Below are positions 31,060-40,316 of a stretch of DNA of 64,000 bases, piece after piece (the first letter of the stretch is position 1; each line of letters opens with the position of its first letter). Under the pieces are notes generated by a model that searched no databases, was not told the DNA's origin, and was given only the letters and a program-made list of their open reading frames with translations. This stretch comes from Candidatus Bathyarchaeota archaeon (GTDB taxonomy: Archaea > Thermoproteota > Bathyarchaeia > Bathyarchaeales > Bathycorpusculaceae), in NCBI GenBank assembly GCA_963811105.1, contig CAWEPZ010000011.1:864001-928000 (forward strand). The letters are read 5' to 3'. The translations under genes and the position numbers were made by a program.

Positions 31060-31932
31060 TTGAAATTCATGAGTGAAGTTCAGAAGTTTCAGGAATTTGT
31101 TCTTGGAATACGAGAAGACCTGACCATTGCTGATAATTATTGTTGGATGTTAGAACAAAAACTGATGGAACTTTCACGGATGATGGGTGATTTTTATTAT
31201 CAGCAAAACTGTTTTGAAATTAGAGAGTGGATTTTCGATGTTTTTCTGGACAAAATCTATGACGTTGATTCAAAGATTACAACTTTCTTGAAGGATTTGT
31301 ATTTAGAAGAATTACTGAAAAAAATATCGGTTCAAGAAATTAAGAAGTATGTTAACGAAATAATTTATGAAAAGAAAGGAATGGGTTCGGTAAATAGCTT
31401 TTCGAATTTGCATTGCTTAAAAAAAGCCGTTGCCAATTATAGACATTCAATTGATGTTACATTCGATAATTCAAGAGGATTTCTCTATAAAACGAACTGG
31501 ACTAACATGCAAAAAATAAACTTGGATAACTATCTATTCGCAAGAAAAAGACGGAAATACATTACTGCAAGAGAGGAACTTGTGAACGCCCAACAGATGA
31601 CTAAGAATGGAAAATATGAAGAAGTCCTAAACCACATTAGACCAGCATTAGAATTGGCTATCAAAGAACGGTTTGGATTCACCAAATTTAAGAATTTTTT
31701 GAATTTCCTAATTGACGCAGATAAAATGAATTTTCCACTATCATCATTTGATGTGCTTTACTTTTATTACGGAGAAGGTTCTGGGAGAATTCATGCTGGA
31801 AAACTTAGTACGCCTTATGAATGCCATTCGGCTCTAATTTTTGCTGAGGGTTTTATTGAAAGACTTGAAACGGTTAACATAACCCCCGAACAAATTGAGG
31901 CTTTCAAGAAAAAGTGCAATTGGGTTGAGTAA
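31060..31932 (+). CDS. Hypothetical protein with HEPN-like C-terminal domain
   Basis: YEEVLNHIRPALELAIK..F.NFL..GSGRIHAG..ECHSALIFAEGFI resembles HEPN helices; AT-rich; ATG 31069 is an alternative start. Confidence 0.55.
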   Translation: MKFMSEVQKFQEFVLGIREDLTIADNYCWMLEQKLMELSRMMGDFYYQQNCFEIREWIFDVFLDKIYDVDSKITTFLKDLYLEELLKKISVQEIKKYVNEIIYEKKGMGSVNSFSNLHCLKKAVANYRHSIDVTFDNSRGFLYKTNWTNMQKINLDNYLFARKRRKYITAREELVNAQQMTKNGKYEEVLNHIRPALELAIKERFGFTKFKNFLNFLIDADKMNFPLSSFDVLYFYYGEGSGRIHAGKLSTPYECHSALIFAEGFIERLETVNITPEQIEAFKKKCNWVE

Positions 31933-31944
31933 GAAAAGAATTGC

Positions 31945-33138
31945 TTACTCAACTTTCTTTAGCGGTTTCGGCTTGATTCCGTTCTTAGTTTGCAGTTCCA
32001 AGATTTCAAAGGCTTGATTTCGTTGGTCTTCTTGCAGATTTGCAATTTGCTTGTTTATGCTCAAGTTGTTCTCGATTAATCGCTGTTCTAACTTTTCCAT
32101 GTGATTTCTCAGTGCTTCATTCTGGGTTTCCAAGTTGGTTATTTTTATCTGGCTGTCAACTAAGGCATCTTCTAATTCCATCAGTTTTCTTGTTCTTGCG
32201 CCATTGCCGTTAATCAACAAATCCTTCATTGCCCTTCCAAAAACCCCTCTGAGTTGGTCGGTGCTTAGGTATGCGCCTTCACCTATTGCTTTGCCTACGA
32301 TTTGTTTCCAACTTGATTCGCCACAGTAAGCACTCAAACGGTCAATCAAGAATTTACGCAAGCAATGAAAGCGAATTCGTTTGCCGTGAACCGTTCCGTG
32401 TTCATCAATTTCCATCCCTGCCTTTTTCGCTAAAGTTTGCAAAACCACGCTTAGGTTATCCTCTGTATCATCGAGAATTCTATCAGAATCTTTTGCTTCT
32501 TTGTGGCTGTCTAACCACGCCTTAACAATTGGCACAGCGTCACTGTCTAAAAATGGGAATGCCTTCACGGATTCCTTTTTTGTGTTGATTTGCCCTAAAC
32601 TTAACGGTGCTTCATTTTCTAATGTGAGGCTTCTAAATGTTCCATAGGTTAGGCTAACAAAGTCACTTGCTCGAAGTCCAAGAGATTTCCCAACAAGCAA
32701 AACGTAGCGTTCCTTGAGGTTTCCGCAAAGAGCCATTTTTGCAAGGTCTTCTTTGTCGAAAAGATAATCTGTTGTAGTGCGGCTTTTAGCAGTCAATTTG
32801 CGTGAATCATTTTTTCTAAACATAAGCGGCATTCGATAATAACTGTAGAACCCTCTTATCGTCATTATTGAGCCTACAGCGTAATTCTCTGATTTGTGTT
32901 TTCCATTTTTTCCTAATAAACTCAAAATGTGCTTTCGATAATTTAGCATCGAGTTTTCTACTTGAAAAGTCGTGTCGGCTTTTTTGATGTCTAAAAGTTC
33001 TTGCCCTGTTTTCTGAGTATATTCGAGATATTGCTTCATCACAGTTTTGTAACTTTTGAAAGTTCCTGCTTTTGTTTGGCTGTTTAAAAATTCATCAACT
33101 ACAGGGTCATTCAGGTTTGATTTCATATCATAGCTCAT
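31945..33138 (-). CDS. Tyrosine recombinase/integrase with C-terminal coiled coil
   Basis: Catalytic set R (GLRASD), K (TKKE), HxxR (FHCLRK), IVGK, Y (GAYL); N-terminal core-binding-like region. Confidence 0.88.
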   Translation of the reverse strand: MSYDMKSNLNDPVVDEFLNSQTKAGTFKSYKTVMKQYLEYTQKTGQELLDIKKADTTFQVENSMLNYRKHILSLLGKNGKHKSENYAVGSIMTIRGFYSYYRMPLMFRKNDSRKLTAKSRTTTDYLFDKEDLAKMALCGNLKERYVLLVGKSLGLRASDFVSLTYGTFRSLTLENEAPLSLGQINTKKESVKAFPFLDSDAVPIVKAWLDSHKEAKDSDRILDDTEDNLSVVLQTLAKKAGMEIDEHGTVHGKRIRFHCLRKFLIDRLSAYCGESSWKQIVGKAIGEGAYLSTDQLRGVFGRAMKDLLINGNGARTRKLMELEDALVDSQIKITNLETQNEALRNHMEKLEQRLIENNLSINKQIANLQEDQRNQAFEILELQTKNGIKPKPLKKVE

Positions 33139-33369
33139 TTTATGTTCAAATCCATTTATGGTTTATGAATTTGAACTAACTGCAAAAAACCGCAATCATT
33201 CAGGGCTAATTAAAATTTAACCTAACTCTTTTTAAAGCATTAAAGCACTTTGGAATGGGGAAAGATTAATCGGCTTAACATTATTCTTCGTATTTGAAGG
33301 GTAATGCGTCATTTTTAAGCCAATGCTTGTCCGACCTACTTCTGAACCTTTTCGAGCAAGTTAGGATTT

Positions 33370-33495
33370 TTGAGATTAACTGGTGATGGCTTCAGAGCTC
33401 GGATTGACCCAGAATTTGTTTGCGAAGTAATCTACCAAGATGTCACCCGAGATTGTAAGTTAAGGGCATCCTGCCTCCATATGCTAAGGACTTAG
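33370..33495 (+). pseudogene. C-terminal OB-fold fragment of an ATP-dependent DNA ligase (LigD-like)
   Basis: RIDPEFVCEVIYQDVTRDCKLRASCLHMLRT* resembles the W..P..V.EV.Y..T.DG.LR.P.F..LR.DK consensus. Confidence 0.6.
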
Positions 33496-33742
33496 GAGTA
33501 ATTTGAGGAATGCTGCTCGAGCTTATTTACTTCGTCTATTTTCTTTTCAAATTCTTCACCCATAATTGTTTTTCACCTTTAGCGAGTTAGCTTTCTCTGT
33601 CTCTAAGTTAACGCTTACAAAATTTTCGCGCTCATTTTTGGTCGAAAATAGCGATTGAAAAGTTCCGTCAAAACTAAAACTTTAGGTTCTTTCTTCGGCT
33701 AAGCAAAATAAGTTCCATTTTCTAAAAACAGGTTTTGGCCCA

Positions 33743-33976
33743 CTATTTTTTTTCCGTGTCGGAGGATCGGTTCAATTTCAAAACAATTAACATTAAGGAT
33801 ACGAAAATCAAAGCAATTAATGAACCTGCGATGCTCCTTTCAATTGAACTTTGTGCTTTGCAAAACCAAATTGCAAAAAGAACTTCTGCAACTAAAAGCA
33901 TTACGGTAAGGAGCGGATATGGTCCAGATATTTTGGCTGGGTTTATTCTGTTTTTCTCCAACATGATTCTTGGCAA
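33743..33976 (-). CDS. Small two-TM membrane protein
   Basis: Two hydrophobic helices; internal ATG (MLEKNR) is the likely start. Confidence 0.5.
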   Translation of the reverse strand: MPRIMLEKNRINPAKISGPYPLLTVMLLVAEVLFAIWFCKAQSSIERSIAGSLIALIFVSLMLIVLKLNRSSDTEKK

Positions 33977-34642
33977 CTGGTTTCACCACAAGAGAAGCAG
34001 TCTCAAAAACTTGCTTATTACATTAATTGAGGGCAAAACTGCCGGTTTGATCCGTGGCAAAATTCTTCGGTATGCAGAAACATCATGGGCAAAATTTTGT
34101 GGAAGACCCTATTTATGCAAAATTTTTGTTCTCACGGAACAAGTGAAGAGACCAAGGAGTTTCTTTAGGTATTTTGTTAGGGTGCTTTTTGCATGCCGAA
34201 ATGTTTTATCGGTCACATTTCTACCTTACGAAATTAAAAAATTGTGCATCGATATTTATTGCGGCGGGCGTCTTCTCACTAGAACAGTCTCGAAACTTTT
34301 GTGGTAATCAAGGTGCCGACTTTCAGACAATGAAAAAGTTAAACTTTCGTTGTTTCTCAGAACATATATTATTAGTTCCTTATTTTGAAGAGGTTTAAGC
34401 AAATCAGGATATTCTCTATGAAAAACAAGCGTTTACCAGAAAGATGCCGCCGGAATGCCGGATGCGGCTAGCGAACGAATTGTTGAATTGGTGAGAAATG
34501 GTTTGAAGCATGCAGATAAGAAAGCGGAAATAATTTCAGGAAAAGATAGTTGCCCCTTTTTACCCTAAATCATATAAGCGTTTGTTCAAGAATAAACTAC
34601 CCTGCGAAGCTTTTCGAGCTTAGCATAAAACACAAGGGGAAA

Positions 34643-37096
34643 ATAAAAATATCAACAAATAAGAAACTTGCTGCAATTTTGGCTTTTCTAATGATTTCTG
34701 TTATTATAATAGCAATACCGGTTGTGCCGGTTAAAGCTCAACTTGCTACACAACAACCAATCGTTGGACCATTACCCTCCGGTATTACTACTAATGCAAC
34801 GACTAATCCTGACATCAAAGCTTTCCTTAGCTTTAGACCTAATCCTGTAGGTGTTGGTCAGACTGTCCTAGTTAACGTTTGGACTACTCCTGCACCTGGA
34901 GCGGGTAGAATGCACCGAGACTACACTGTTACGATTACCAAGCCTGATGGAAGTACTGATGTAAGAAAGCTTAACACTTATCCTAACGATGGAACCGCCT
35001 GGTTTGAGTTTGTGCCTGATGTTGCAGGAAAATGGACACTCAAGTTTGACTTCCTTGGCGACTACTTCCCAGCTGGCTACTATATTGATGGCAATGTTGT
35101 CACAAGCTCTGCTGGCGCTACACAGTACACCGAGTCAGTTTATTACCCGCCGGCTTCAACTCCAGTTCAATCACTTGACGTACAGCAAGGTTTGCTGGTG
35201 GCTTCTTGGCCTCTATCACCCCTCCCGACAGACTATTGGACGCGCCCAGTAACAGCAATGAATAGAGAGTGGGCTGCAGTTGCAGGCAACTATCCATGGC
35301 CATATGGAAATGACGGCTATGACTACGCCGGACCGTTTGTAACCGCTCCGAATAGTGCGCACATAGTTTGGAAAAAACAACAGAACCTTAATGGTCTTGT
35401 AGGCGGCGAAATGGGTTCACGGTTCGTGGGCAGCAGAGAAACAACTGGCTATGGCTATCCAACCGTAATTTACTTTGGTAGAGGCTATCAGACAATGACA
35501 TTGCCGATCGATGGAGTACCTACAAGTTGTGCAGTTTCATATGACATTAGAACCGGCGAGATCTACTATTCAAGACCTGGCGGCGAAACACCAACAATTC
35601 TTTCATATACTCCTGATCCTCCAACTGCGGCAGAATTACTATCGATAGGCGCTCGGTTATTGAAGATTGATCCTTGGACAGGCGCTGTGACAACTAACGT
35701 TACCGGGATGACAGGAACATTCCACAGCGGACATTACGTATTAAGCGTTCAAACAAACAATACCGCTGCTGGCTACCGGTTGATCAACTGGACTACTAGC
35801 GGAACCAGCACTGACTTTCGTTCGAGAATAATAAGCAACATTTCATGGCCGTGGACTAATCTCGGCACAGTTCAAGATTTCAACGCGGGCATAGCAGTGC
35901 AAATATCAAACGTCGTTTCAGGAGGAGCTTATGTTGGGCAGACTTTAAGGGCTGAAAACTTGGTGACAGGGCAGTCGCTCTGGAATAAGTCGATCAGTGA
36001 ACCTTTATTCAGCGGGTCATGCAACGTAGCAGACAACGGAATGGTAGCTGTGCACTCAGATAGAGGCTATTTCTTAGCTTTCAATCTTAACACTGGACAG
36101 CAGGTATGGCAGAGTGAAACATTTGATTATCCATGGGATGAACCTGGGTTTGGAGCTTATGATATTGCTTCAGCATACGGTTTGATAATCAGGTCGGCTT
36201 ACACAGGCGTTTACGCTGTAAATTGGACGAATGGTAAAATAGCTTGGAAGTACGAAGCCCCAGCTGGATCACCGTACGAAACCCCATATGTTGATACTAA
36301 TGGTACAACTGTTAATTCTTGGAACGGCGGAATCCTTGTTGCTGACGGCAAAGTCTATGATTACAATACTGAGCATTCGCCATCACAACCTATCACTAGA
36401 GGGTGGAAACTGCATGCGATCAATGCAACAACAGGTGAGGGCATTTGGAGTATCTTAGGATTGTCAACTTCAAGAAACTTCGGAGGGTCGGCTGCTGACG
36501 GTTATCTCGCATTTGATAACTTATACGATGCGTACTTGTATGTCTTTGGCAAGGGTAAAACCGCGACAACGGTAACTGCACCCGACGTTGTAGTAGCTAA
36601 AGGAAACGGAGTAGTGATCAAAGGCACAGTGCTTGATATGTCTCCAGCTCAACCCAACACGCCATGCGTTTCCAAGGCATCAATGGAAACACAAATGGAA
36701 TACTTACATATGCAGATGCCGATCGGCGGACTTTGGGGCAACGCAACAATAGCTGGCATACCAGTAACACTAACAGCAATTGATCCAAATGGAAATACAG
36801 TCAATATTGGCACAGTTACAACAAACGGATACTACGGAACCTTCTCTAAGTCATGGACTCCAGATATAGAAGGCGACTACCAAATCATTGCATCATTTGC
36901 AGGAGACGACTCGTATGGCAGCTCTTCAGCGTCAACAGGCATTTCAATAAGCGAAACTGTAGCAACGACCACGCCACAACCTGCAGCAGCAATTCCAGAC
37001 TACACAATGACAATCATAGCCGGAGTAATCGCCATAATAATTGCAGTCCTAATCGTAGGCGTAGCCATCGTGCTGATACTAAGAAAACGAGCATAA
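34643..37096 (+). CDS. Secreted, C-terminally anchored PQQ-binding-like beta-propeller protein (paralog 3); expected start position reads ATA
   Basis: Same family motifs; AAGGGG SD followed by ATA AAA ATA TCA (compare ATG CAA ATA TCA in paralog 4); the ORF-track TTG at 34550 lies upstream of the apparent TATA box. Confidence 0.85.
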   Translation: MKISTNKKLAAILAFLMISVIIIAIPVVPVKAQLATQQPIVGPLPSGITTNATTNPDIKAFLSFRPNPVGVGQTVLVNVWTTPAPGAGRMHRDYTVTITKPDGSTDVRKLNTYPNDGTAWFEFVPDVAGKWTLKFDFLGDYFPAGYYIDGNVVTSSAGATQYTESVYYPPASTPVQSLDVQQGLLVASWPLSPLPTDYWTRPVTAMNREWAAVAGNYPWPYGNDGYDYAGPFVTAPNSAHIVWKKQQNLNGLVGGEMGSRFVGSRETTGYGYPTVIYFGRGYQTMTLPIDGVPTSCAVSYDIRTGEIYYSRPGGETPTILSYTPDPPTAAELLSIGARLLKIDPWTGAVTTNVTGMTGTFHSGHYVLSVQTNNTAAGYRLINWTTSGTSTDFRSRIISNISWPWTNLGTVQDFNAGIAVQISNVVSGGAYVGQTLRAENLVTGQSLWNKSISEPLFSGSCNVADNGMVAVHSDRGYFLAFNLNTGQQVWQSETFDYPWDEPGFGAYDIASAYGLIIRSAYTGVYAVNWTNGKIAWKYEAPAGSPYETPYVDTNGTTVNSWNGGILVADGKVYDYNTEHSPSQPITRGWKLHAINATTGEGIWSILGLSTSRNFGGSAADGYLAFDNLYDAYLYVFGKGKTATTVTAPDVVVAKGNGVVIKGTVLDMSPAQPNTPCVSKASMETQMEYLHMQMPIGGLWGNATIAGIPVTLTAIDPNGNTVNIGTVTTNGYYGTFSKSWTPDIEGDYQIIASFAGDDSYGSSSASTGISISETVATTTPQPAAAIPDYTMTIIAGVIAIIIAVLIVGVAIVLILRKRA

Positions 37097-37162
37097 CTCG
37101 GAATAAAACAGCAACTACTTCCCTTTTTCTTTACTCTTAACTATTATTATTACAAGTAAGAA

Positions 37163-37182
37163 GCTGAGTAGGCTCTATTAGC
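37163..37182 (+). repeat. Conserved 3'-flank hairpin-like element of beta-propeller genes
   Basis: gctgagtaggctctattagc here; gctgagcaggctctattagc at 46537-46556. Confidence 0.7.
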
Positions 37183-37339
37183 AAGCAATTAAGAAAGATT
37201 TCCAAGATTTGATTAACAAAGCGTTCCTTGTTGCCACTCTGGGAGAAATACACTGTGGACATAGTCAGCTATAATTGAGAAATACTTCTTCCAACTTAAA
37301 CCTGTTTCCAAATATGTCCACGCCTAGGTCTCACAAACT

Positions 37340-37698
37340 TATCGTTGGGTCGTTAAATGTAAGATACATAGAAACTAGAGTAATGGATAAGTTCATGCAG
37401 ACAGAAATAACACAAGCGCTTAAGACTATAGTTTTCAAACTTTTGAAAATGAATGTGATCTAGGATTTAGTGACGAGAAAAAATACTCAGATCACATGGA
37501 AATGTGTTTCCAGGCAAGCACTTATTGTATGACGGCTCAACGCTACTTGACTTAGATAGGAACATTCATTCGGGTCTGGCGGAGGACTATGTTTTAGCAA
37601 TTGACACTAAAACTGACGCACGTCTCCCAGCAGACTATAATTTGAGACATAAAGATGTAATAAAAATCCAAACACATGCTATGAAAAAAAGTGCTTAA
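37340..37698 (+). pseudogene. ychF: C-terminal remnant (TGS domain) of archaeal YchF ATPase
   Basis: QALKTIVFKLLKMNVI*..DEKKYSDH..NVFP..LLYDGSTLLDL..IHSGLA..RLPADYNLRHKDVIKI. Confidence 0.7.
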
Positions 37699-37702
37699 GA
37701 AA

Positions 37703-39271
37703 TTAAGAGCGTCTCAGATATTCAATGCAGGCTTTGTAACCCGTTACTAGTGCCTCGCCACTTGCCTTGAGAATGTTGTACGACAATCCCTGTGAAGACC
37801 ATGGGTTGCCGTGGACTGATATACTGACGTTCGCCCTGACCCTGGATTTGGTACCCTTGCTTATGTCTACTACGTCCACATAGAAGTCAGTAAGTTCCAT
37901 GTCACTTAACTCGGGATGAGTCTTCCTTAGGCATCTCCTCAATGCCTTGTCGAATGAATTGACGGGACCTTTCCCGAATTCAATAAAGGCCTCTGTCTTT
38001 GCACCAAGATCCATTGCCACAAGTCCATATGAAACAGGACGTTCCTTACCTTCCCAAGCTGAAGCCATCTCGCATGAAGTAACATTGAAGGGGTCCGCCC
38101 AATCGTTCTTAGACTCGAGCATCATGATATAGAGGTTCGCATCCGCCTTCTCGAACTGGTAGCCCATCCTGGATTTTCTCTTGACATTCCCCATGACTAA
38201 TCCCGCTTCCTCCATGCTCAGGTCGATCCCAAACTCCTTTGCCTTCGCAATGAAGCTGTGTCTTCCGGACATCTCTGATCCATAGAGTTTCATAAAATTA
38301 CCCACGTCCTCGGGCCTGAAATGGAGGTACATCTCAGGGTGCTTGGAATGAGTACCCGCCTTAGTTGCAGTTGCATCATCTCCGACATAAGGTCGGTCTT
38401 CGCGGACAGGTAGATGAAGCAGTGCATTTGTAGTATCAGAAATATTTTTCAGCTTTGTCAGGTCCCTAGACTTTACAGTAACGTAGCCCATCTTCAACTC
38501 CAAGTTCGGAATGATCTCCATAAGGTCCGCGTTGCCCGTCCTCTCGCCCACTCCATTGACCGTTCCCTGCACGTGGGTCACTCCTGCCTCGACGGCGGCA
38601 AGGGTGTTTGCAACTGCAAGCCCGCAGTCGTTATGAGCATGTATTCCCATGGGCACTCCTGACCTCTTGAATTCCTTCATGACGTATTCGACAGTTTCCC
38701 TAAGCTGAGTCATCATCGTTCCGCCGTCTGTGTCGCAAAGCACCAAAGGGTACGCTCCTGCAGATTCTGCCATCCTGAGGCATTCCATTGCGTAGTTACA
38801 ATCACGTCTGAATCCTTTGAAGAAATGCTCGGCGTCGAAGATGACCTGCTTTATGTTAGGCTGCTTCTTGAGGTAGTTAATCGAGTCGTAAATCATGTTC
38901 AAGTTTTCTTTAGGTTTCGCGCCTAGTTCGGCCGTCACATGCAAGGGGTCAGTCTTTCCGAAAAGTGTGACTACTTCTGCCTGGGTTTCAACTAGGCATG
39001 CGAGGTTAGGGTCCTTATCGACGCTGATTCCCTTCCTCTTTGTCATGCCGAACGCTGAGATCTTTGAATTCTTCAAGCTCAGATTTCGAGCGTCTTTGAA
39101 CGCCTTCATGTCCTTTGAAGATCGGGATGGAAAGCCTAGCTCGATTATTTGAACACCAAGGTCATCTAGCATCTTTACGAGTTCCATCATGTCCGGCTCT
39201 GAGATGTTGGCTCTTATGTTCTGTCTTCCATCCCTGAGGGTTGTATCTAAAATCTCAACTTGTCTATTCAT
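37703..39271 (-). CDS. cimA: Citramalate synthase-like DRE-TIM enzyme (CimA/LeuA family) with regulatory domain
   Basis: DTTLRDG, FDAEHFF, LCDTDGG, HAHNDCGLAVAN, GERTGNA, GPVN..DKALR. Confidence 0.82.
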   Translation of the reverse strand: MNRQVEILDTTLRDGRQNIRANISEPDMMELVKMLDDLGVQIIELGFPSRSSKDMKAFKDARNLSLKNSKISAFGMTKRKGISVDKDPNLACLVETQAEVVTLFGKTDPLHVTAELGAKPKENLNMIYDSINYLKKQPNIKQVIFDAEHFFKGFRRDCNYAMECLRMAESAGAYPLVLCDTDGGTMMTQLRETVEYVMKEFKRSGVPMGIHAHNDCGLAVANTLAAVEAGVTHVQGTVNGVGERTGNADLMEIIPNLELKMGYVTVKSRDLTKLKNISDTTNALLHLPVREDRPYVGDDATATKAGTHSKHPEMYLHFRPEDVGNFMKLYGSEMSGRHSFIAKAKEFGIDLSMEEAGLVMGNVKRKSRMGYQFEKADANLYIMMLESKNDWADPFNVTSCEMASAWEGKERPVSYGLVAMDLGAKTEAFIEFGKGPVNSFDKALRRCLRKTHPELSDMELTDFYVDVVDISKGTKSRVRANVSISVHGNPWSSQGLSYNILKASGEALVTGYKACIEYLRRS

Positions 39272-39687
39272 CTATGCACCTCTACTGAAATAAGAGGATA
39301 AGAATAAGAATTCATTCGATTTGGCTTTTCGTTTTTTTTCATAAGTTATGCTATAATGTATCGTTGTCTGTTCATAACATTTTCGTCGTCTAAATTCAAG
39401 TTGGTACAATCGGAACTATTTGTGTACGACCTTACTCGCTAACTCATCTTTTATAATATTTAAAAGATGATTGAAGAAATGATTTCTAAGACTGCTTTCA
39501 GTGACTATAAGATCGAGGGAAAAGTATACTTGACCTACAATTGTGGCAAGAGGTAAAAGTTGAGTGATGCAGAATTTAACATTGCATAAATGTAGACTAA
39601 TATGCAATGTATTCGCTATTACTCTATGAGTTTCGCAGTTTTCCTATTTTGGACCTCTGTGACGCTTTTTGGACGGCTTCGACTTTG

Positions 39688-39999
39688 TCAAGCTGTTATA
39701 TTTACTTGGATCTCGCTGAGTTTTCTTTGTGTTCTGTGTAGTTTTTTTGCTTTGAAGGCGCCGCACGCGATACCAGGTCTGTGGTCTTTGGCACAAATTG
39801 GGATGCCATCTACGTTCTCAAAATTTGAGCATTTTAGGCAGAAGGTGTTGTAAAGATTGTTTGCTTTGGCTTTTCTGTTGCGGGGTTTAAACTCGGGGCA
39901 GCATACTGATGGCCCGTGGTGCATGGCGCATAATGCCACTCTTTCTATGTCTCTTCGATCTTCGAAGTTTGCGCAATCTCTGCAGCTTTCAATGACCAT
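39688..39999 (-). CDS. Small Cys/His-rich protein with two internal repeats
   Basis: CRDCANFE..C.MHHGP..C.EFK and CLKCSNFE..C.KDHRP..C.AFK; ATG 39999 follows GAGG. Confidence 0.7.
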   Translation of the reverse strand: MVIESCRDCANFEDRRDIERVALCAMHHGPSVCCPEFKPRNRKAKANNLYNTFCLKCSNFENVDGIPICAKDHRPGIACGAFKAKKLHRTQRKLSEIQVNITA

Positions 40000-40190
40000 A
40001 TTTTGCCTCATAATTAACATGCTGTGACCTAATGAAAAGCATTTCTCACATTTAACTGAACAAATGTCCACACCAAAACGGCACTTATGTTCGCATGAGA
40101 AAAAACAGTCCAAACGAGAATATTCCTCTGAGAGAGAAACTTTATGCTATCGAGAACAAGAGTGGTGCACTACGATTAGTCTTTCTAAGC

Positions 40191-40316
40191 CTATCTTGAC
40201 TTTTGTCTTTCAACTCGGTCAAGTTTCTTCTTTTTGCGGGCATCTTTACGCTCTTTCTTTTTTCGAGGCTGAGGCTTTCCTCGGTCTTGTTCTCCTGTCT
40301 CCCCTCTCTTACTCAT
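40191..40316 (-). CDS. 41-aa highly basic small protein (below the ORF-track cutoff)
   Basis: MSKRGETGEQDRGKPQPRKKKERKDARKKKKLDRVERQKSR*; ATGA overlap with the tfb stop; GGAG upstream. Confidence 0.55.
   Translation of the reverse strand: MSKRGETGEQDRGKPQPRKKKERKDARKKKKLDRVERQKSR

Larger units (their letters stand above)
29100..33500. mobile_element. Decayed integrative element or provirus remnant (boundaries approximate)
   Basis: ParB-N gene, truncated phage-type ABC ATPase, palindrome cluster, HEPN-like cargo, tyrosine integrase and ligase fragment; no att repeats or tRNA identified. Confidence 0.55.

Noticed and set aside
33735-34307. 190-aa + strand ORF
   Set aside because: No motif or SD, and it overlaps a more plausible two-TM gene on the opposite strand.
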